Below, in pieces: positions 57,923 through 64,000 of a stretch of DNA of 64,000 nucleotides. The number at the start of each line of letters is the position of its first letter. The first letter of the stretch is position 1. The notes under the pieces were generated by a model, which was not told the origin of the DNA, did not search any database, and saw nothing but the letters and a program-made list of their open reading frames with translations. The translations under genes were made by a program, and so were the position numbers. This stretch comes from Chloroflexota bacterium (GTDB lineage Bacteria > Chloroflexota > Anaerolineae > Anaerolineales > E44-bin32), in NCBI GenBank assembly GCA_022561215.1, contig JADFRQ010000002.1:5594-69593 (forward strand), written 5' to 3'.

Positions 57923-60170
57923 ACAGCTTGAACATATTTTTTCAAATTTTTATGAGGCTGATACCGTCCGTCGCGTTGATTCGCTTGAACCATACGGGCC
58001 CTTCCCCCGCGGTTGGGCTTGGGAAGCCGACAGCGACGGAATTCTTCTTTGGTGCAGTTCTGAAGTTTTCGATCTCCTGGGATTCTCCGCAACCGAGCTA
58101 ATCGGCCGCTCGCTTTTAGCGTTTGCGCATACACCTAAATCTGCTGAAGAATTACAGATTGCGCTGGCGACAAGAAAGCCAATTCAAAATCTGCGCATTC
58201 AGGGTATCAATCGTGAAGGTGAGTCCCTGAGCTTGTTAATTAATGCATTGGTTCGCAACGTTGGGGATCCACCGCAGCCTCGTTATCGTGGGGTGACACA
58301 AATCTTAATGACCAGTGCGCTTGAAGAAATCGAGTTTGAAATAGCGAATCAACTTTCCGAGAGAGATGTTGATCTCGCTGCATTGCGCAGCCCGGCATGG
58401 GGATCGGCACATGGGTATGAATTGGAGACAGATCGTGTGCGTATGATCCCGGCGATTGCAAAAGAGGAAATTCCGCGTAGTCCCCAGCTGAGGGAACATA
58501 TTCTCAGGGTCCCGATCATAGGCCAGGAGGGAACCGCTATCGGCGTTTTTGAATTTGAGCGCTCAATAGAAGAAGACCCTTGGACCCAGCATCACCAAGA
58601 ACTGGTGACGGAGGTGTCGATCCAGCTTGCTCTCGCACTTTACGATGCAAGATCGTATGAGCTTACACAACAGGCATTGGATGAAATGCAGAAGGCCGAT
58701 CGACTCAAAAGTCAATTCCTGGCCAATATGAGCCATGAGCTGAGGACACCCCTAAACTCGATTATTGGGTTTTCACGCGTAATATTAAAAGGAATCGATG
58801 GACCCATTACAAAAACCCAGGAACACGATCTCAATTCAATTTATAGCGCCGGACATCATCTCCTGGGGTTGATCAACAATATCCTCGAATATTCCAAGAT
58901 TGATTCAGGCAGAATGAAGTTGACTTTCAAGGAATTCGACCTCGCAGAATTAATTCGCGATGTTATGGCAACTGCGGTGGAACTCGTCAAGGATAAACCT
59001 GTCCGATTATTGATTAGATTGCAACAGAAACTACCGCGCATTACAGCAGATAACATGCGTACGCGTCAAATTCTTCTTAATCTGGTTTCCAACGCGGCAA
59101 AATTTACGGAAAGGGGGGAGATTAGGTTAACCGCCATGGTCCAGAAATATCATGATCGAAATGAAATGCTTATTTCGGTATATGATACTGGGCAAGGTAT
59201 TGCCAAAGATGATCAAGAAAAGATATTTGAACCATTTTCTCAAGTCGATCCCTCGCTGAGTAACAATAGTGGCGGTACTGGCCTGGGGCTCTCGATTTGC
59301 CGTCATCTTGTTCAACTGCAAGGTGGACGAATCTGGGTGGAGAGTTCCCCAGGTAAAGGCAGCACTTTTTTCTTTACGATCCCGATGCAGGAAGAAGGGG
59401 TTGAAGGTGCTGCGCATCCAAAACTCTTAAGCATATCCTCGAGGGCGGATGTAATCCGTGTGCAAAACGAAATTTTTAGTGCAGTAGGATTTGAGTTTCA
59501 CTCCGCCACAGATGAAGCCGCGATCTCTCGGGCTCTGGAGGCTAGCCAACCAAATGTGATCCTGGTCGATCTTACCCCTACCGATGGATTGGGTTGGAAA
59601 TTAATTTCTAAACTAAAGGATAATGAAACAACAAGGGCCATCCCCGTTAGCGCATTCTCCTTATCTGATGATTCCCGAAGCGCGTATGATTTAGGCGTTG
59701 GAGCATTCATCACAGAACCGGTAGCCGTCGAGAGTCTGCGAGCTTCGATTAAATTCCTAATCGATGATCAGGACGATAAACTCGATGTCCTCATCATCGC
59801 TGAGACCATGCAGCAGATCGAAGGCATTTCACAGCACATCTCGGCGATACTCCCGTCGGAGATTCGAACAGCTACATCTGGATTTGAAGGATTGGTGGCA
59901 GCGCGTCAAAAAACACCTGATCTAATTATCATCACTATATTTATGCCGAAAGCGGACGGATTCCGAATGATGGAGGCCTTGCGCGTTGACGAGAGAACCA
60001 AAGAGGTACCCATCTTGCTGATTTTGCCAAATCTATTAAGCGATGTACATTTGCGCCAGCTTAACCTTTGGACTCATCACAGCCGTGAGAAAGCCGCAAT
60101 CTCACCGGAATTGTACGCGCAAGTTCTGCGAACGCGATCCGGCAGGCTAGCTCGCTTTCCAAGTAATTGA
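57900..60170 (+). CDS. Hybrid sensor histidine kinase (PAS, C-terminal-half-GAF module, HisKA, HATPase_c, two degenerate receiver-like domains)
   Basis: The H-box is FLANMSHELRTPLNSIIGFS, the N-box LLNLVSNAAKFT, G1 VYDTGQGI and G2 GGTGLGLSICRHLVQLQGGRIWVES. The C-terminal 250 aa form two receiver-like folds with altered key residues. The start overlaps the ParA gene by 23 nt. Confidence 0.88.
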   Translation: MESQNLHKQLEHIFSNFYEADTVRRVDSLEPYGPFPRGWAWEADSDGILLWCSSEVFDLLGFSATELIGRSLLAFAHTPKSAEELQIALATRKPIQNLRIQGINREGESLSLLINALVRNVGDPPQPRYRGVTQILMTSALEEIEFEIANQLSERDVDLAALRSPAWGSAHGYELETDRVRMIPAIAKEEIPRSPQLREHILRVPIIGQEGTAIGVFEFERSIEEDPWTQHHQELVTEVSIQLALALYDARSYELTQQALDEMQKADRLKSQFLANMSHELRTPLNSIIGFSRVILKGIDGPITKTQEHDLNSIYSAGHHLLGLINNILEYSKIDSGRMKLTFKEFDLAELIRDVMATAVELVKDKPVRLLIRLQQKLPRITADNMRTRQILLNLVSNAAKFTERGEIRLTAMVQKYHDRNEMLISVYDTGQGIAKDDQEKIFEPFSQVDPSLSNNSGGTGLGLSICRHLVQLQGGRIWVESSPGKGSTFFFTIPMQEEGVEGAAHPKLLSISSRADVIRVQNEIFSAVGFEFHSATDEAAISRALEASQPNVILVDLTPTDGLGWKLISKLKDNETTRAIPVSAFSLSDDSRSAYDLGVGAFITEPVAVESLRASIKFLIDDQDDKLDVLIIAETMQQIEGISQHISAILPSEIRTATSGFEGLVAARQKTPDLIIITIFMPKADGFRMMEALRVDERTKEVPILLILPNLLSDVHLRQLNLWTHHSREKAAISPELYAQVLRTRSGRLARFPSN

Positions 60171-60209
60171 CAGCCAAAGAAAAGCATTCAGAATCTATTT
60201 GAGGATACG

Positions 60210-61136
60210 ATGACCCATTTTCTATCTTTAGCTGATTTCACACCAAAAGAGCTTCGTCAAATTCTTGATTTGGCGATCAATCTAAAAGACGAATGGAAGG
60301 CAGGTGGAAATGAACCGCTGTTAAGGAACAAAGTCCTGGCGATGGTATTTCAGAAACCAAGTCTGCGGACAAGAGTGTCCTTTGACATGGCAATGCGCCA
60401 CCTAGGTGGTGATGCCTTATTTCTATCTCCAAGCGAAATCGGATTAGGAAAACGAGAATCGATTGCTGACGTGAGCAAGGTTCTCTCGGGATTTGTGGAC
60501 GCCATTATGGCACGCGTATTTTCGCATGCCCATATCCTTGAACTCGCCAAGCATGCTAACGTTCCCGTAATTAACGGTTTGAGTGATTTTAATCATCCCT
60601 GTCAGGCCATGGCAGATGCATTAACAATGCTTGAACATCATGGCGATTTAAGCGGATTGAATATGACGTACGTTGGAGACGGCAACAACGTTGCGGTATC
60701 CCTAATGCACCTTTCAGCTCAATTGGGCATCAATTTCACAATTTCCTCTCCCGAGGGATATCAGATTCCGGAAGAGGTAGTCATAAAAGCGCGCGCGCTT
60801 CGAAAAAATGGCGCCGCTACTTTAGAATTGAACAGCGATCCCCATCAGGCAGTTCAAGGAGCGAATATCATCTACACGGATACTTGGACCAGCATGGGGC
60901 AAGAGCAGGAAAACCAGAAACGGATGGAGGTATTTCCACCCTATCAAATCAATTCCCTATTGGTTTCTGAAGCCGAATCCGATGTGATCGTCATGCACTG
61001 TCTTCCGGCACATCGCGGTTTTGAGATAACTGATGAAGTTGCCGACGGCTCACACTCGGTTATCTTTCAGCAGGCGGAGAATAGAATGCACGCACAGAAA
61101 GCAATCCTCGTGCATCTGCTCAATAAATCGCATTAA
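60210..61136 (+). CDS. argF: Ornithine carbamoyltransferase
   Basis: Recognised motifs are SLRTRVSFDMA (SxRTR), FNHPCQAMAD (HPxQ), DTWTSMGQE and MHCLPAHRG (HCLP). Confidence 0.92.
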   Translation: MTHFLSLADFTPKELRQILDLAINLKDEWKAGGNEPLLRNKVLAMVFQKPSLRTRVSFDMAMRHLGGDALFLSPSEIGLGKRESIADVSKVLSGFVDAIMARVFSHAHILELAKHANVPVINGLSDFNHPCQAMADALTMLEHHGDLSGLNMTYVGDGNNVAVSLMHLSAQLGINFTISSPEGYQIPEEVVIKARALRKNGAATLELNSDPHQAVQGANIIYTDTWTSMGQEQENQKRMEVFPPYQINSLLVSEAESDVIVMHCLPAHRGFEITDEVADGSHSVIFQQAENRMHAQKAILVHLLNKSH

Positions 61137-61175
61137 TTCCAGAACAGCGACAATAAAGAAAGAATTAAGTGGGGA

Positions 61176-62351
61176 TCAATCGAAGATGCCTGAGGGGGTT
61201 TCGTCATCCTCTGATTCTGGCGCATTGTCAGGACGAAAGGGTTTGAGCGGTGGCGGCGAAGGAAACGGCTCTTTTTCGACTTCGGCATTTGCTGGAGCAA
61301 CCTCCGCCTTCGGCTGCTTTTTCCAGATCCTCGTAATTCCATAGAGAAGCGCACCGAATAGTAAACCAGCGATGTATTGAAAGGCCGCCGCCTTGAGGAC
61401 GTTCAGCAAGATAGACTGTGTTCCGCGCTGCAAAACATCACGCACAGCAATTGGCGCATCTGAAAGCACGCGAGTACGTTCCAGGAGTGCGGGAGCGAAA
61501 GCAATCATCAGAAGCACGAACATCAGCCCGAGTATCGATCCCAAGATTAAGGGAAATCCCCACCAACGGCCAAGTTGATTCATCGAGCGAATTGCGATTG
61601 TCATTAATAATCCAAAAAATAGAATGGGGAGAAGCCTCAGAATTCGCAATAAATCCAAAAAGGATACGATGGCATTCTTTAATTTAATAAGATCTTGATT
61701 TTCCCCCAATGCATCGGAAATGGTCAGCTTCGACGGAATTTCACGAATTTGTTGCAACACCAATCTCTCCACAAGAGCGCGGTATGGGAGCACTACATCC
61801 CCTTCGGGAACGCAAATTCCGCTTTGTGGGAGATTGTCCGCCCGCAGCGCTGCTTGCCACACATTAAATTGCGCGAGCGTGCACGTCGGCGCAGATTCGA
61901 AAACAATTTCAATCACTCGAGATGCCCCCCCATTCTGCAAATCATCTTTTATTACGGTCAAATCGAGAACAAAATTCAGTCGCGCTCGGTCAGATTCGAT
62001 CCAAGACAGAAATTCCACGACGGCTGACTTCAATTGGGCCTCAACCCATCCATCCGGGACGAAAATTTCAATGATTTCGTCGCGCTCCGCTTGATTCAGG
62101 TTTTCAAATAGCAGGGTTTGGACTGTGTCGATCCTATCGGAGGATAATAAGCCATTTACCAGAAAATCCCTTGCTGATCCGCCAGGAATCAGCACGTCAG
62201 AAAGTACCTCAGCAACCACATCGGACGATAAAATCGCTCGCAACGTTTGGTTTGCGAAAACGCCGATCGGAAGCGATAGGATCGCCAATCCGGCGAGTAA
62301 ATAAGCCAGAATCTGTAACGGCAAACTTCTCGTGGCGGACTTTTCACTCAT
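61176..62351 (-). CDS. Hypothetical membrane protein with Pro-rich cytoplasmic tail
   Basis: The 391-aa product has an N-terminal TM helix, an extracytoplasmic region of about 215 aa, about four C-terminal TM helices and the tail EKEPFPSPPPLKPFRPDNAPESEDDE. No motif was recognised. Confidence 0.6.
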   Translation of the reverse strand: MSEKSATRSLPLQILAYLLAGLAILSLPIGVFANQTLRAILSSDVVAEVLSDVLIPGGSARDFLVNGLLSSDRIDTVQTLLFENLNQAERDEIIEIFVPDGWVEAQLKSAVVEFLSWIESDRARLNFVLDLTVIKDDLQNGGASRVIEIVFESAPTCTLAQFNVWQAALRADNLPQSGICVPEGDVVLPYRALVERLVLQQIREIPSKLTISDALGENQDLIKLKNAIVSFLDLLRILRLLPILFFGLLMTIAIRSMNQLGRWWGFPLILGSILGLMFVLLMIAFAPALLERTRVLSDAPIAVRDVLQRGTQSILLNVLKAAAFQYIAGLLFGALLYGITRIWKKQPKAEVAPANAEVEKEPFPSPPPLKPFRPDNAPESEDDETPSGIFD

Positions 62352-62625
62352 ATGATGCCATTCTCCAAAACTGGGCTTGAATCTACTACAAATTAGGCGC
62401 GTGACAACTAATTCCTGGCATTATCAAGGGACATCTATTAAGTTTAATTTTGGTGTATCGACTTCGTAGAAACAATTAGGAGGGTTGTGAGCTGAAGCTC
62501 ATGCTGGTCGATCACGATGAGGATTCTCGTATCATTCTGGCTATTCAGAGCCGTCAATCCCCGGCCAGGGAGCGGAATCCCGGCCTACGACTCATTCTCC
62601 CATTGCGGAAAGCAGGGCATTTATT

Positions 62626-62677
62626 GTCATTCCTGGACAAGGGTTTTGTCGACGAACGGTAACCCGTCCTTGAATTC
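62626..62677 (+). repeat. GTCATTC...TTGAATTC hairpin repeat, copy D (most diverged)
   Basis: The copy reads gtcattcctggacaagggttttgtcgacgaacggtaacccgtccttgaattc. Confidence 0.5.
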
Positions 62678-62735
62678 GTAGGGGCGCTCCGCGAACCGAC
62701 CTTACGCTAAACTACCAGCATTCTCACAACAAAAA

Positions 62736-62767
62736 CCTCGCGAAGATTTTCAGTCTCCGGGAGGTTT
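62736..62767 (-). terminator. Candidate intrinsic terminator downstream of korB
   Basis: The minus strand reads AAACCTCccggagactgaaaatcttcgcGAGGTTTTTGTTG. A 7-bp outer stem (plus the inner CTCCGGGAG palindrome) is followed by a T-run. Confidence 0.4.
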
Positions 62768-62827
62768 GTAATAGGTGGTTTACGAGCCAGCATATCGCTT
62801 CGGTTTCTGCACTTATTCCTGTATCGA

Positions 62828-63871
62828 TCACGCGAAGCTCTTGCTAATTTCCTCCAGTGATTTCGCGGACGGACGTAGTTCATGCGGTTCAAGCGCCGTC
62901 AAAGGTTTATCCACAATATTCTCCGCATCGATAAGGGTTGGTTCATTCGTGTTGATATAGATCAGGCCGGTCAGAAGGGCTTGATTTATCCTCTCTTCTT
63001 CGAGAAGTGCAATCGCTTGCCGGCGATCTGTGGGATCATAATCACGCTCCAATTTTTTAAGCACCAAAGTTGATCCGTCATGCATTTTCACGCTTATGGC
63101 TTCCCCCGGATCATAATCTACACTAATTTCCTCACGGTTTTGAACATACGTTAAATCATGGACGGGGGATTCATGTTCCCTCCCCCAAGGATAACTCTTC
63201 GTCGACTCGTCCGCATTATTAAATGTCACGCATGGACTGATAATGTCCAGCACAGCTGTTCCTTGAAAGCTCATGGCTGCTTTGATAAGCGCTTTAACCT
63301 GCTTGGCATCCCCGGCGAAGGATCGCGCCACGAAGGAGCAATTCGCAACCAGGGCCTCCATACAAATATCAAGTGGTAGAAATGTATTCGTGCCAATTTT
63401 TCTCAACACTTGGCCCTGATCGGCAGTTGCGGAAAACTGACCTTTGGTGAGCCCGTAGACGCCGTTGTTCTCGACGATATAGACCAGAGGCAGGTTGCGG
63501 CGTACCAGATGCAGAAATTGTCCAAGACCAATGCTTGCTGTATCGCCATCACCACTCACGCCGATGGCTTGCAACTCACGATTGGCGAGAACAGCACCAG
63601 TCGCTATGGATGGCATTCGCCCATGCAGGCTGTTGAACCCATGCGATCGATTTAAGAAATACGCCGGGCTCTTGCTTGAACAGCCGATCCCGGAAAGTTT
63701 AATTATTTTTTCAGGCCGGATTGAATTCTCGTACATTGCAGCCATGATCTGGCTGGAAATAGAATTGTGCCCGCAGCCCTGACAAAGCGAGGTGGGCCCT
63801 CCCTTATAGTCAGCTTTGGACAGGCCAATTAAATTAAGCTTAATATTTTTCGACTTTACCTCCGTCACCAT
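62828..63871 (-). CDS. korB: 2-oxoacid:ferredoxin oxidoreductase beta subunit (TPP-binding, KorB/OorB-like)
   Basis: It carries LCQGCGHNSISSQI and the TPP motif GVSGDGDTASIGLGQFLHLVRRNLPLVYIVENNGVYGLTKGQ. The start is set at ATG 63871 (MVTEVKS), with GGAGG upstream. The upstream gene's TGA lies 1 nt before it. Confidence 0.85.
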   Translation of the reverse strand: MVTEVKSKNIKLNLIGLSKADYKGGPTSLCQGCGHNSISSQIMAAMYENSIRPEKIIKLSGIGCSSKSPAYFLNRSHGFNSLHGRMPSIATGAVLANRELQAIGVSGDGDTASIGLGQFLHLVRRNLPLVYIVENNGVYGLTKGQFSATADQGQVLRKIGTNTFLPLDICMEALVANCSFVARSFAGDAKQVKALIKAAMSFQGTAVLDIISPCVTFNNADESTKSYPWGREHESPVHDLTYVQNREEISVDYDPGEAISVKMHDGSTLVLKKLERDYDPTDRRQAIALLEEERINQALLTGLIYINTNEPTLIDAENIVDKPLTALEPHELRPSAKSLEEISKSFA

Positions 63872-63872
63872 A

Positions 63873-64000
63873 TCAACCTCCCAGTCCGTCAGTAATTGAC
63901 TCCACAACCCATCCTGCGGTAAGCGGCAGACCGTCACTCAAAGATAGGGAACGTATTTTTGCGGCTACCTCAGGAACTTCCAGCTGCAGCAGTTGGCACA
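63873..64000 (-). CDS. korA: C-terminal end of the upstream gene, probably the 2-oxoacid:ferredoxin oxidoreductase alpha subunit (partial)
   Basis: My hand translation of the minus strand gives ..QLLQLEVPEVAAKIRSLSLSDGLPLTAGWVVESITDGLGG*. It ends 1 nt before the korB ATG. The identity is inferred only from the usual korA-korB order. Confidence 0.4.
   Translation of the reverse strand, partial: CQLLQLEVPEVAAKIRSLSLSDGLPLTAGWVVESITDGLGG

Noticed and set aside
62501-62662. A 53-codon ORF (MLVDHDEDSRIILAIQSRQ...) that begins like a response-regulator receiver (LVDHDEDSRIIL).
   Set aside because: It loses all receiver similarity after about 15 aa. It overlaps copy D of the GTCATTC repeat. The AGGAGG lies 16 nt from the ATG. 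At best it is a short relic.
1-64000. Mobile elements, prophage genes, toxin-antitoxin pairs and known defence systems (restriction-modification, CBASS, retrons, Cas and similar).
   Set aside because: I scanned all track ORFs of at least 60 aa and the intergenic regions. No integrase, transposase, phage structural, nuclease-helicase or methyltransferase signatures were recognised. The single tRNA has no adjacent integrase or direct-repeat att-like duplication that I could see.

Overview
This 64-kb window reads as ordinary bacterial chromosome. I found no prophage, plasmid, IS element, CRISPR array or recognisable defence genes. Protein signatures suggest a Chloroflexota/Anaerolineae-like organism, but that is inference only because no database search was possible. 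I support about 50 CDS, one tRNA-Gly(CCC), one decayed sigma-factor pseudogene and several small repeat and hairpin elements.

Gene content:
- Housekeeping: sigA; alaS-(unknown 500-aa membrane protein)-ruvX-mltG; tyrS; archease-rtcB; ffh-rpsP-KH-rimM; mutS; miaA-yraN; proC; cinA; argF; korAB.
- MTA/nucleoside salvage: mtnP, deoA/pdp, mtaD.
- Transport: a Dpp/Opp-type ABC importer without ATPase genes, and a Liv-type importer with two binding proteins.
- An ornithine-cyclodeaminase-family / FAD-oxidase gene pair sits between the Liv binding proteins.

Items most worth a second look:
1. An actinobacterial-style FHA cluster (two FhaA-like, one FhaB-like) precedes a single ORF that fuses an intact SEDS polymerase to a PbpA-like class-B PBP domain. 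In that domain SxxK, SxN and KTG all appear to be replaced.
2. A tightly packed 10-kb signalling cluster at 49994-60170 holds a CheY-like regulator, three output-less transmembrane HAMP/GAF proteins, an orphan ParA ATPase and a hybrid kinase with degenerate receivers. The GAF proteins share an N-terminal-half-GAF tail. Two of them and the kinase carry what looks like the complementary C-terminal half-GAF module.
3. An MTA/SAH-deaminase-like amidohydrolase is fused to a CYTH-like domain.
4. Two families of dispersed intergenic hairpin repeats, one of them tandemly duplicated.
5. Two unusually long ORF-free gaps (about 1 kb at 45087-46077 and about 0.5 kb at 10627-11138).
6. Several genes have a TATAAT-like box 6-8 nt upstream of the ATG, which suggests leaderless transcripts.

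All functional calls rest on motif recognition by eye from the supplied translations and on my own hand translations.
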